Virus record (IMG/VR): IMGVR_UViG_3300036846_000743
Coordinates: 1 to 64,000 of that record
Length of the DNA: 64,000 nt
Reading direction: 5' to 3' (one strand)
Positions 36,983 through 46,327 of the stretch are shown piece by piece. Both the position numbers and the translations under genes were made by a program. How positions within the stretch are numbered: position 1 is the stretch's first letter; the number at the start of each line of letters is the position of its first letter. Below the pieces are notes generated by a model. That model saw only the letters and a list, made by a program, of their open reading frames with translations, had not been told where the DNA came from and made no database searches.

Positions 36983-38197
36983 TCATGCGCACTCGGTGTC
37001 GGTGGCAGGGACATCGAACTTGACCTCCCAGCAGTCGGAACAGAGCTTGGCTCCGGCAGCATACTTGTTCCCACCATCAGACGGAGGAGCATAGAGATCA
37101 TGCAAGCTCTGCATGACCGTGCCGCAGGAGGCGCAGGTCAAGGACTGCTTCTTCTTGGCTTCAGCTTCCGCCGCGGCGGCGAGCATCGTCGCGGTAGGCT
37201 TGAGCTTCCTGAGCCGGCATTCCGCTTCGAGCCACTGCTTGACGTCCTGGTAATTGCCCCAGTCATTGTCGCCGAGATCCTTGGGACGATCACGGACCAG
37301 CTGGAGATACTCCTGCCAGTCATCGTTGTAACGATAAGCATGCTTGCCCAGGAAGGCCGCATGAATTGGCAGCAGGGCGCGGATGTACTGCACGATCTGG
37401 GTGGTCGACGAGTCACGATCGTCGCCGTTGGAATGGCGACTGCCGTATGTGCGGTTGGCATCGGCCTTGACCAGGACCTGGTCCAGCCCGAACTTGACCA
37501 GCTCGGCGCGCAAGACGGTATAGGCATCGGACGCGGCCACCCGCAGCTTGCGGGCGTACTCGACCAGATTGCTGGCGTGCTGCTCCTTCTTGGTGATGGT
37601 GGTCTTGGTCTTGCGGCGGGCCGCCGCCTTGGCGGGACGGTACTTGACGATCGAGTACCAGGTATCACGCTTGCCGATCACCAGGTCGGAGCCCCAGAAG
37701 TCAGCGTCTTCGCGCAGCCGCTCCTCGACCTCGGTGCTGATCAGCATATCCTCGCCGCCCAGGCAGAACTTCGTGAGCGTCGCGACCGGGTCCGGCAGCC
37801 AGTGCTTGATATACTTTTCGCCCCAGCTGTATTGGGGATGGTTCTTCGTGACCCGATAAAGCACCGAGTCCGCGAAGGGCATCGTGTGCAGCTTCAGGTC
37901 GCCCTCCTCGCAGATCTCGACCATGCTCACGCCGGGAACCGGCGAGATGCTTCGCTCCTCGAGCGCTTCCTTGATCTCCCGGCGCGAACCGCCAGCGATG
38001 AACTGGTCGTCGGGGAACAGTAGACAGTCGAGATTGTCGGTGAGCCGCCACCGCTCCGAGGGATGGCCGAGCGCGATGATGCCTTCCTCGTGATAAGGCA
38101 CACCAAGCCGCACGGCCCCGACGACTTCGCCCTTGAGCGGCTCTCTCTTGGGTAGCTCAGGATCATTACGGCCCCAGTGTCGTCTCCTTCTCCGCAT
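36983..38197 (-). CDS. Hypothetical protein with a C-terminal zinc finger
   Basis: 404 aa; CASC...CSDC. Confidence 0.6.
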   Translation of the reverse strand: MRRRRRHWGRNDPELPKREPLKGEVVGAVRLGVPYHEEGIIALGHPSERWRLTDNLDCLLFPDDQFIAGGSRREIKEALEERSISPVPGVSMVEICEEGDLKLHTMPFADSVLYRVTKNHPQYSWGEKYIKHWLPDPVATLTKFCLGGEDMLISTEVEERLREDADFWGSDLVIGKRDTWYSIVKYRPAKAAARRKTKTTITKKEQHASNLVEYARKLRVAASDAYTVLRAELVKFGLDQVLVKADANRTYGSRHSNGDDRDSSTTQIVQYIRALLPIHAAFLGKHAYRYNDDWQEYLQLVRDRPKDLGDNDWGNYQDVKQWLEAECRLRKLKPTATMLAAAAEAEAKKKQSLTCASCGTVMQSLHDLYAPPSDGGNKYAAGAKLCSDCWEVKFDVPATDTECA

Positions 38198-38987
38198 GCG
38201 CTACCTCCTTCTCGTTGGATGTTCCCAGTGCCGCCTTCCGGTAGTGGGCAAGCACAGTCTGGCCCTGCGGGCTTAGCAGCCACTGCTTGAAAGACTCGGC
38301 GACGTCACGCCAGTCACCGTGCACCTCGTACCGCATGTGGTGTTCGAGGAACCGGACGCAGGCGGCCGGGTCCCGGAACCACTCGTCGTAGAAACCGCCC
38401 ATGTTGTAGTGGGCGATGTGCCCCAGATGCAGGTGCAGCCCCTCGTAGATCCGCCGGGTGAACCGGTCCCGGTCACAATGATTGCAGAGGAAGAAGATCA
38501 AGGCCCTGCGGAACAGGACCTTGTCTTCGGCCGAGTTGAACTTGGTCGGCGCGAAGTCGGCAGCCTGGTAGTTCAGCTTGGGCCGGATGATCGGCTGGGG
38601 CTTGGCCACCAGGACTTTGCACTGTGCACCGGCATGATTGTTGATAAACGTCCTGAACTGGGTCGAGTTCATGACGCAGATCCTCGCATACTCATGTTGC
38701 TGGCTCTCGCCGGCCTGTGCACGCGGATGATCACGATAATGATCCATGAGGACGACCTTGCCCTTGTTCTCCCAGCACACGGCGATGCCGTTGTACTCAG
38801 TGCCAATCAGGCCGTTCACGTTCAAGGCCCCGTAGAGGATGACGAAGAACGAGTCATCTCCGAAGACCAGACGGTGAATGCTCTGGACCCGGTCCAGTGA
38901 TGTGCTGCTGGTCAATGGGAACCTGGTACCACCATCCAGATCGACTGGTCCGGCCTTACGCTGCGTAACGACATTCTTGGCGGGCAA
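38166..38987 (-). CDS. Hypothetical protein
   Basis: 273 aa; AGGAGG RBS. Confidence 0.6.
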   Translation of the reverse strand: MPAKNVVTQRKAGPVDLDGGTRFPLTSSTSLDRVQSIHRLVFGDDSFFVILYGALNVNGLIGTEYNGIAVCWENKGKVVLMDHYRDHPRAQAGESQQHEYARICVMNSTQFRTFINNHAGAQCKVLVAKPQPIIRPKLNYQAADFAPTKFNSAEDKVLFRRALIFFLCNHCDRDRFTRRIYEGLHLHLGHIAHYNMGGFYDEWFRDPAACVRFLEHHMRYEVHGDWRDVAESFKQWLLSPQGQTVLAHYRKAALGTSNEKEVAHAEKETTLGP

Positions 38988-39166
38988 GATAGCCTCCTGT
39001 TCGGGTCAGTTGGAATTGATCAGACAACATCCTTGAGCTGCTGTTCCTTATCCTGCGGCTTGGGAGCCAGCCGGCGGTTCGTCTTGTTCAACCGGCCTTC
39101 CGAATAACACGCAGAAACTGGGTCCGGCCAACACGGTGTTGGCCGGACCTTCCGAACCACTAATAC

Positions 39167-39892
39167 TCAGTCCATGCCGATCTGACGCAGGGTCGTACCA
39201 TCGACGGCCTTGTCGATGTAGGTAAGCCACGCGTCGAGCGTCTGCTTGCCCTCCTCGGTCCCGCGCATGGCATTCTCGGCGATACCAGCCCGCATGAGCT
39301 TCTCGAGTCGATGCGGGTTGAGCCGGTCCTTGGTGATGCGGGCCTCCCTGGCCTGAGTGGCTTGCTGTTCGCGCAGCTCAGCGATCTCATCACGCAGGTC
39401 TTCAGCATGCGCATCGGCGAGATTGTAGGTCTTGACCAGCCGGAGATCACCCTGGAACTGGAAGCCGACTTCGTACTTCAGGGTATCCGGATTCATGACC
39501 CCCTTGGTGGGCGTGAACGTGAGCCGGAAGCCCAGATCCGCTGCCAGTTCGACCAGGGCCTGGCATCGCTTCACGAAGTCGGGATCAGGAAGCTCTGCCT
39601 TGTAGATCTCTTCCAGCTCATGGAGCTTGACCATGATCTCGGCGGCCAGTCGCTGGGCCTCGCCGACCTGACGCTCCAGCCGCTCGGTCAGCCGGCTCTC
39701 GGCGTGGACCACGCCGACGGCGACCAGATTGTCGATACCGAGATCGAGTGCGATCTTGGTATTGGGGGGCCCCGCCGAGGCGGCGAGCACGATATCCGTG
39801 CCGTTAGGTTCGGCGCGCCTGGCCTCCACGACGGGCGCGGCGTGAGCCGGGCGCTTGGCAGTGCTTCTTTTCTTTGTCGTCGACTTGGACAT
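39167..39892 (-). CDS. Hypothetical coiled-coil protein
   Basis: GGAGAGGA RBS before MSKSTTKK. Confidence 0.6.
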   Translation of the reverse strand: MSKSTTKKRSTAKRPAHAAPVVEARRAEPNGTDIVLAASAGPPNTKIALDLGIDNLVAVGVVHAESRLTERLERQVGEAQRLAAEIMVKLHELEEIYKAELPDPDFVKRCQALVELAADLGFRLTFTPTKGVMNPDTLKYEVGFQFQGDLRLVKTYNLADAHAEDLRDEIAELREQQATQAREARITKDRLNPHRLEKLMRAGIAENAMRGTEEGKQTLDAWLTYIDKAVDGTTLRQIGMD

Positions 39893-40595
39893 GACGTTTC
39901 CTCTCCGGGGTCCAACAGATCCTACAGTTTGAGCACGTGATCTTAACCTGCCGTTTGATACCCTGCTCGTACGGACAGACAAGCACTCCGTTGGCTCGCT
40001 TGAGCGGCTGATGCTCGTTGTCGCGAAAGACCAGGTGCTGGTAGCCAGGGACCCGCGCGGGGTCTTCGCCACGATCCAGCAAGTAGGCAATCCGCACTCC
40101 GGGAATGACCGGGGCGCGCGGCATCTCGTGGTCCGTCGAGAACCAGAGATACATGTTCTTCATGGTTGCCAGCTCCGCCAAGACAGGCATGATATCATCC
40201 TGTGTCCAGCTCCGCGTGTAGCAGAGAAACGTGGTACGGTGGCACTGGCGCACGATCGACACCCACTTCCAGCCGTAGGCGGCTGAGTAGAAGTCACCGG
40301 CCACATGTATGCGGGCGACGGTGATACAGCGAGACTTGATCTCGGACACGGCATCATCGACGAAGCTGCGCTCACGAGTACGCTTCAGGTTCTCGATGTG
40401 CTTGCGCCGGACGTTCTCCATCATGAAGAAGCCCGTGTCGGCGTAGCAGATCGAGGCACAGAAGCGGCTCTTGCCAGGGCATGTCCGCTTGGCCGGGATC
40501 GAGAACGGGTAGATCAGCGGTCCCAGCTTGGCGATGTGCGGCTCACCGAAGAGCCTCGGCCTCCGTCTGCATGCAGCCATCATCGTGGCAGCCAT
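39804..40595 (-). CDS. Gp88-like protein (radical-SAM-like Cys cluster)
   Basis: KLG...FSIPAKRTCPGKSRFCASICYA...RIHVAGDFYS...CYTRSW. Confidence 0.7.
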   Translation of the reverse strand: MAATMMAACRRRPRLFGEPHIAKLGPLIYPFSIPAKRTCPGKSRFCASICYADTGFFMMENVRRKHIENLKRTRERSFVDDAVSEIKSRCITVARIHVAGDFYSAAYGWKWVSIVRQCHRTTFLCYTRSWTQDDIMPVLAELATMKNMYLWFSTDHEMPRAPVIPGVRIAYLLDRGEDPARVPGYQHLVFRDNEHQPLKRANGVLVCPYEQGIKRQVKITCSNCRICWTPERKRHVQVDDKEKKHCQAPGSRRARRGGQARRT

Positions 40596-40810
40596 ATCCA
40601 GCTGCCCCCAGAAGGGAATGGCCACGGGAGAGGGCCGCAGCCTCCTCCATGTTGACGTCGGCCGTGCCAAGGTCCACGAGGATCTCCACCTCGGTGTGCT
40701 TCATCGTGACGTGATCTTCAGCTTCGGACAGCGCATCCTCGAACTCGGTCCTGCCCTCGCAGAGAATGAGCTTGCCGAAGAAGTCGCGGTACTTAACGTG
40801 AAACATCTCA
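40543..40810 (-). CDS. Hypothetical protein
   Basis: Probable start MFHVKY within the listed ORF 40543..40968; boundaries approximate. Confidence 0.35.
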
Positions 40811-41134
40811 GGTATCCACGATCCGGGAGCGCTGCTTGGGCTTGCTGATCCCCAGCCGGGGCTCTTCCACAGCAGCAGATGTAGATCGGACCGGTTGCGT
40901 ACCGGTCTCATCGACGTCAGCAGTGAGATGCACAGCCCGCTTGACATGCTTGCAGGTGCGCACACCATCTTTCTCGAAACGCCACGCCGGGCAGTCGCAT
41001 GAAGTGTCGCCGTCGGCCCACAGGATCGTGGTATAGATGGTGCGTCCGTTGCTGCTACGGGAAGTGAGGTAGTGCTTGGGCTGAATCACCTTGCCGCCAG
41101 TGATCTTTTTGCCTTCATGAAAATGGGACTTCAC
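40808..41134 (-). CDS. SWIM zinc-finger protein
   Basis: SCDCPAW...TCKHV (CxC-xn-CxH). Confidence 0.75.
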   Translation of the reverse strand: MKSHFHEGKKITGGKVIQPKHYLTSRSSNGRTIYTTILWADGDTSCDCPAWRFEKDGVRTCKHVKRAVHLTADVDETGTQPVRSTSAAVEEPRLGISKPKQRSRIVDT

Positions 41135-41155
41135 ACTGGACTCTCCTTTTGCCGC

Positions 41156-41803
41156 TCATGTATCGACAATCCGGGAGCGCCGTGAGACTGTGCGTGCTCC
41201 CGGCGCGCTGGCCGGCCTGGGTTTTGCCTGTGCGCCGGTCTCATCGAGGTTGTCGGTGAGTTCCAGAACCCGCCTGGAATGCGCGCACGAACGTGTTCCA
41301 TCGCGCTGCTTCGGGCCCCACCTGGGACAGTTGCATGAACTGGTCCCATCCTCCCACAAGGTTGCGGTATGGACAGTGAATCCATCGTCGCCGTGAAACG
41401 TGTAGCGATACCTGGCCTCGATCACCTTGCCGCCCATGAACTTTTTGCCAGATCGATAACTGGGCTCCATGTTCTCTTTCTCCCCGGACGCCGAGGCACT
41501 GTCTTCCCTGTACTGGACGACGGTCACCGGCAGTTCGACGATGGGCCGGCCTTTCTGGTCGGCGCGGTAGACACGAACGATGTAGACCTTGCCCAGTTCG
41601 ACATCGTCGAACTGGGCGTGCATAGCGTGACCATTGGGGTGATTGACTAGCGGCCTCGTGATTGCATACGCCGGGATCTTCTCGCGCGGTCTGAATGTAT
41701 TCAACACGAAGTCGAAGAATTCACCATCTGCGCGCCTCTCGATCGAATAGATCAAGGGGGTACCGGCCGCAGCCGGCTCCAGATAGCGGATCGTGATGCC
41801 CAC
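41156..41803 (-). CDS. SWIM zinc-finger protein with N-terminal extension
   Basis: SCNCPRW...SCAHS; C-terminus paralogous to 40808..41134. Confidence 0.7.
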   Translation of the reverse strand: MGITIRYLEPAAAGTPLIYSIERRADGEFFDFVLNTFRPREKIPAYAITRPLVNHPNGHAMHAQFDDVELGKVYIVRVYRADQKGRPIVELPVTVVQYREDSASASGEKENMEPSYRSGKKFMGGKVIEARYRYTFHGDDGFTVHTATLWEDGTSSCNCPRWGPKQRDGTRSCAHSRRVLELTDNLDETGAQAKPRPASAPGARTVSRRSRIVDT

Positions 41804-41823
41804 GAATGGGCTCCATCATCACC

Positions 41824-42855
41824 TCACACGTCGACCAGGCGGACCCGTTCGTTCAGGCGTCGACGGACCTGCTCCACCGCGGCGGAGTCCTTGGCGGCCT
41901 CGGCCACCGGTGCGATGGCCGCAGTCAGGTCGCCCTTGTGGGCCGAGAGCAGATCGGACCAGGTCATGGACCAGGTCTTGTTGGCCTCGGCGTCGACCAG
42001 CGCCAGGTCAATCGCTTTCTCCAGCGCCTGGGACGTAGCCAGGAGCTTGGTGTCGGTGATGGTACCCGCGAAGGCGCGGTTGAGCGCGATTGCGTCCAGG
42101 ACCGCGTTGAACGACTTCGGCTGGAGGATCTTGCCTTCCTGGAGCTGATGGATCAGAGCATCCAGTGCTTCGGCCAGGACCTTGCGGGGACCGGCCACCA
42201 GCTCGTCCATGGCCGCTTCGTAGTCATCGCGCTTGTTTGCCCTGACCTCGGCGAGTAGCTCCTTGTCGAGCCTGATAAACTCCTTGTACTCCTCGCTGGG
42301 AGCTTCGAGCCGCCGGATGTTGCGCACGCTGTAGCGAAACCGTTCGCCGACATTATCGACAGCTGGGATCAGCTTGCCGATGACCACGCCGTAGTCATCG
42401 CCCAGTGTCGGGCCCCACTCTGCCTGGTTATAGTCGATGACCTCGGCCTGGTAGCGGCCGACGAATTCCTCGACGCATTCGGCCAGAAAGGCCCTGGCCT
42501 GCTTCAGCTCGGCGAAGAACTGGTTCCTGGACGGCCCGGCAACAGCGCGGGCGCCGGAGAAGTTGATGGTAAACCGGTCAAGCACGTGATCCACCCGCGA
42601 GTAGCCGGGTGTCAGGACGCCATTCAACGTCTTGGGGATCAGACAGGCGATCGACTTCTTGACCAGTTTGTCCTTGACTTCCTGACCCTTGACCTCGACC
42701 TTGGCCTTGGCCTTGGGATCAAGGACGTGCTCGCCAGACCAGCGGTGCTTGACGATGTCCACCAGGTAGATATCTGCTTCCAGCTTGACGTCCTCGACGG
42801 CAACGCCATCGGTCAAGGCCGTATCATTCTGGGGTTCCATGGTCGCCGTGCTCAT
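41824..42855 (-). CDS. DUF3150-like protein
   Basis: WSG...LIPK...VDHVLDRFTINFSGARAV...FFAEL...FVGRY...RFRY pattern recalled for DUF3150. Confidence 0.55.
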   Translation of the reverse strand: MSTATMEPQNDTALTDGVAVEDVKLEADIYLVDIVKHRWSGEHVLDPKAKAKVEVKGQEVKDKLVKKSIACLIPKTLNGVLTPGYSRVDHVLDRFTINFSGARAVAGPSRNQFFAELKQARAFLAECVEEFVGRYQAEVIDYNQAEWGPTLGDDYGVVIGKLIPAVDNVGERFRYSVRNIRRLEAPSEEYKEFIRLDKELLAEVRANKRDDYEAAMDELVAGPRKVLAEALDALIHQLQEGKILQPKSFNAVLDAIALNRAFAGTITDTKLLATSQALEKAIDLALVDAEANKTWSMTWSDLLSAHKGDLTAAIAPVAEAAKDSAAVEQVRRRLNERVRLVDV

Positions 42856-43196
42856 GTTGAATCTCGCGGTGAAAGATCGTCCGGCCTGCCGGCCGGCGCC
42901 GCGGCGTAGTCAATATCACGGCACTGCTCACACAGCAGCGCCGGCATGTGTTCGATGAGCCAGGTATGCTCACGCGCGAGGGCTTCATCCCTCGTGTCAA
43001 ACGGCCCGAGAACAACGGGCGAACCGAGCGGAGACATATCGGCTAACCAGCCGCCCCGCTCATTGTCGTACTCGACATGACTGGCCCGATTGATGACGGG
43101 GCGACCAAGGCCCGCCGCCAGGCGGATTGCTTCGTCGCTGTGGATGTAGCGCACAACCCCGTCCGGACCGATATCAAAGACCACTTCTTGCGCCAT
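42852..43196 (-). CDS. Conserved small protein of the planctomycete AAA/DUF2997 gene neighbourhood
   Basis: DGVVRYIHSD...INRASHVE...WLADMSP...LGPFDTRDEALAREHTWL. Confidence 0.6.
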   Translation of the reverse strand: MAQEVVFDIGPDGVVRYIHSDEAIRLAAGLGRPVINRASHVEYDNERGGWLADMSPLGSPVVLGPFDTRDEALAREHTWLIEHMPALLCEQCRDIDYAAAPAGRPDDLSPRDST

Positions 43197-43202
43197 GGTC
43201 TT

Positions 43203-43397
43203 TCACCCCTGCGACTGCTGAACGTGCGTAGCAGCCTTGACGTCCATCTCCTTGGTAGGCGTGTCGGACGCCGGGGTGCCGAAGAGCTTCTCGTAGGGGG
43301 CCGTGGCGGCCTTGCATGCAGGGCCCTTGTAGCCCTTGGCCTCGATCATGACAGCCCCGGTGTCTTTATCGATCGTGAAGATGATCTCTTTGGCCAT
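43203..43397 (-). CDS. DUF2997 family protein
   Basis: IIFTIDKDTGAVMIEAKGYKGPACKAATAPYEKLFG. Confidence 0.75.
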   Translation of the reverse strand: MAKEIIFTIDKDTGAVMIEAKGYKGPACKAATAPYEKLFGTPASDTPTKEMDVKAATHVQQSQG

Positions 43398-43398
43398 G

Positions 43399-45108
43399 TC
43401 AGTCTCCGGTGTTGACCTGTCGTGCTCGCTTCAAGGCCGCAACTGCGGGGGCCTTTTGGATGTAGACCGGCCGGGCCGACGTCTTGCAGTATTCGCGGAC
43501 CTGCTCGATGTCGTTGCGGTGTGTCTTGAACACGATATTCTGCGCCCGGTTGACGATCGTCTCGTCGATCTCCTCGAAGATCGGGATCGTCGTGCTGCGG
43601 CGGTAGGCTGCCAGCGCCCGGGACTGGGTAACCACGTCCTCCAGCTCGGAGCCTATGAAGTTATCGGTTCCGAGGATCAGGGTGTCCCAGTCTGCCGGTG
43701 TGAGCTTCACGCCGTTCTTGCCGGTGAGCTTGTCGATGTCAACGCCGCGCCGCTTGAAGTGACTGGCGATGATCTCCTTGCGGACATCGGAAGTCGGCAG
43801 GTCGGTCGCGAAGACGGCGTCGAACCGGCGAAAGAACTCCGGCTGGATGCCCTGGATCGTATTCAGGGTGCCGATGATGTAGCCCTTGTCGAGCGGGTTC
43901 TGGACCCGCTCCGACAGCCATGCCAGGATCTGGCCGACGGCCCGGAGCGATACCCCGGAGTCACCGTTGTAGCCGCCCGTCGCGAGCATCTTCTCCAGCT
44001 CGTCGATCACGAGCAGGTAGTGCCCCTGGGCCGACAGGGTCTCGGTGACCCAGCGCACATTGCTCTCGGTCTGGCCCACGATGCCGCCGAACAGGGCGGG
44101 CACGTTCAGGAGATAGACCGGGAACCGCTTGCCAGTCTGGTTGTAGAAGATCCGGGCTGCCAGCTTGCCCATCATGCTCTTGCCGGTGCCGGCCACGCCC
44201 ATCAGGAGCATGCCCTTGGGCCTATCAAGGCCCTTATCTTCTTGCTTGTAGCACTGGGCTTGCATGCCCAGGAACTCATGCACCTCGTCGAACCCGCGGA
44301 TATCGCCGTCCTGGGGCAGCCTGTTGAAGGGGATGTAGGTGAGGAAGCCCTGCTGCGAGATCAGCTCGGCCTTCTTCTGCTCGACCGTGTCAAGCACCTC
44401 CAGATCGAAGCCCTTGTGCGCATTGGCGGCCTCAGCCACGGCGTTCTCGAACTGGATCCAGGTCAGGCCGACGCCGATGGCGGCGAGGGCCTGGCGGATC
44501 TCATCGGTGCACTTCTTGCCGTCGGTGCCGGTCTCGACGCTGATCACGGTATCGACGTGCTCCTGCTCGGTAGGACGGGGATACTCGAGCGGCACGACGT
44601 ACTCATGCAGCTCGCGGTGGATCGGCTGCGGAGACACGAAGATGATCTGCCGCCGGTGCCCGGGGACCCCGTTCTTCTTGTCCTCGGCCTTGCAGAGGAC
44701 CAGGTCGTTGATCATCGTCTTGACGATCCGCCGGCAGGCCGGGCCGTCGGTCGGGTCCTCGAAGACGTCGTGGGGATCCAGGAAGACGAACACGCCCCGC
44801 TTCAGCCGTAGCGACTCCAGGGTGGAGATCATCTCCATGGCCGCGAGCATGTTGGTATAGTCGCTCCCCTTCTTGCTGGGAAAAGGGAACTCCTTGGAAA
44901 GGCCGGTCCGGTCGTCGATGCGGTTCCAGGTAAAACCGCGGACACGATCCCAGACGATGAATGCGCAATCGGGGTCAATCTCGTGCATGATCGCTTCGAT
45001 GTCCCGGAGGAACCGGCCATCCTCAGCAGTCCGCACGGATACGGTACCCTGGCTCGAACCCCAGAGGTTCTGAACCTTTCGCTTGACGTTCGGGTTGGTC
45101 ATCGGCAT
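43399..45108 (-). CDS. Ycf46-like AAA+ ATPase
   Basis: Degenerate N-terminal AAA-like domain; C-terminal Walker A GVAGTGKS, Walker B LLVIDELEK, TLN...PEFFRRFD...DLP. Confidence 0.85.
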   Translation of the reverse strand: MPMTNPNVKRKVQNLWGSSQGTVSVRTAEDGRFLRDIEAIMHEIDPDCAFIVWDRVRGFTWNRIDDRTGLSKEFPFPSKKGSDYTNMLAAMEMISTLESLRLKRGVFVFLDPHDVFEDPTDGPACRRIVKTMINDLVLCKAEDKKNGVPGHRRQIIFVSPQPIHRELHEYVVPLEYPRPTEQEHVDTVISVETGTDGKKCTDEIRQALAAIGVGLTWIQFENAVAEAANAHKGFDLEVLDTVEQKKAELISQQGFLTYIPFNRLPQDGDIRGFDEVHEFLGMQAQCYKQEDKGLDRPKGMLLMGVAGTGKSMMGKLAARIFYNQTGKRFPVYLLNVPALFGGIVGQTESNVRWVTETLSAQGHYLLVIDELEKMLATGGYNGDSGVSLRAVGQILAWLSERVQNPLDKGYIIGTLNTIQGIQPEFFRRFDAVFATDLPTSDVRKEIIASHFKRRGVDIDKLTGKNGVKLTPADWDTLILGTDNFIGSELEDVVTQSRALAAYRRSTTIPIFEEIDETIVNRAQNIVFKTHRNDIEQVREYCKTSARPVYIQKAPAVAALKRARQVNTGD

Positions 45109-45151
45109 TGGTTAGTCCTCGCTTGATCTATCAGAATAGCTGCGCAAGGAA

Positions 45152-45169
45152 ACGCCCGCTACGGGGCGT
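45152..45169 (-). terminator. Short hairpin after the stop of 45203
   Basis: ACGCCC-N6-GGGCGT followed by TTCC on the minus strand. Confidence 0.35.
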
Positions 45170-45202
45170 GCCGCGCAACGGGCGTAGGACTGAACATTGA
45201 AT

Positions 45203-45568
45203 TCACCGGCCAGCCTTGGGCGCAACGGGCTTGGGTTGCGGCTTGCCCTTGGGCTTGATCGCCGGCTTGGTCGTGGCACCTGTAGCAGAAACAAGACCAT
45301 CAGCAGCTCGCCTTGGTTTGGCCGGAGCACCAGCTACCTTGGCCGGATCGGTCGTGGCAAAACCGGGGGTCTTGACCACTTCCTGACCAGTATAAGGCTT
45401 GATGACTCCACCACGAAGCCCGCGGTGGTTATCGATGTCGTACTGGGCCGCTCGCATGGTGTTGAATACCTTGGGCCTGCCGCCGAACGTATGGTTCACG
45501 TTGGCATACAGATCTCCCTTTGCGACGACCCATCTCTTCTTCTGCTTGACGGTGGTAGGCATCGTCAA
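45203..45568 (-). CDS. Basic Lys/Pro/Ala-rich protein (histone-tail-like)
   Basis: C-terminus TTKPAIKPKGKPQPKPVAPKAGR; AAGGAG RBS. Confidence 0.6.
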   Translation of the reverse strand: MTMPTTVKQKKRWVVAKGDLYANVNHTFGGRPKVFNTMRAAQYDIDNHRGLRGGVIKPYTGQEVVKTPGFATTDPAKVAGAPAKPRRAADGLVSATGATTKPAIKPKGKPQPKPVAPKAGR

Positions 45569-46327
45569 TCACTCCTTGCCCAGAGCCTGGGCGAGTCTGC
45601 TTGCCAGCGCCCTGACGTCACCGTGCGCCAGGTGGAGCGCTTCAAGCTGTCCGATCAGCATTCGCAGGTTCGATCTGACGTGGTCATTGATCTCCTTGAC
45701 CTTGGCGGCCTCCGTCTGGGTGATGGCCGCGTGGGTCGCAGGATCGTCGAACTGCGAGTGGACCCGGGCAGCCTGGTTATGCCCACCGTTCCGGATCGCG
45801 ATCCGGAGCACGTCGGGCGGGTCGAGTATACCTTCCTGGTCCAGTGCCGCGCCGATATAGGCACGGACCTCCCTGGAAAACGGCTCCTCATCATCGTCGT
45901 CGGGGGGCGCCAGGAGCATCGCCTCGGTGATCCCCCAGGCGCATTCCGCTGCGTCGGCCGGGTCCCAGGTGGCCGGATCATAGAGCCCACCAGACAGGAC
46001 GTTGCAGATCTCGATGAAGCTGGGCGTGCTCTTGAAGAAGGCGTCCGAGGTGATGACGTGGATGCCAGCCATGAGCCGGTCGAAGTTGGCCCGAGGCAGC
46101 TCGACGCCGAAGTCATCCTGGATCTCGAGCAGGATCGTGCCCGGATGCCAGGCGTAACAGTTTTCGCCAGCCGCGTCCTTGGCGTCGTAGTATTCGTCAT
46201 GGAACAAGGTCACCAGCGTTGTCGCGAAAGACTTGGGATCCGTCCAGGTCACTGCTTGTTGCTGATGTCTCGCCGTGTGGGGCTTGAGCAGCGGCATCCT
46301 TTCGCTCCCAGAGAGACACCCGCTCAC
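45569..46327 (-). CDS. Hypothetical protein
   Basis: 252 aa acidic ORF; start probably at MPLLKP. Confidence 0.65.
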   Translation of the reverse strand: MSGCLSGSERMPLLKPHTARHQQQAVTWTDPKSFATTLVTLFHDEYYDAKDAAGENCYAWHPGTILLEIQDDFGVELPRANFDRLMAGIHVITSDAFFKSTPSFIEICNVLSGGLYDPATWDPADAAECAWGITEAMLLAPPDDDDEEPFSREVRAYIGAALDQEGILDPPDVLRIAIRNGGHNQAARVHSQFDDPATHAAITQTEAAKVKEINDHVRSNLRMLIGQLEALHLAHGDVRALASRLAQALGKE

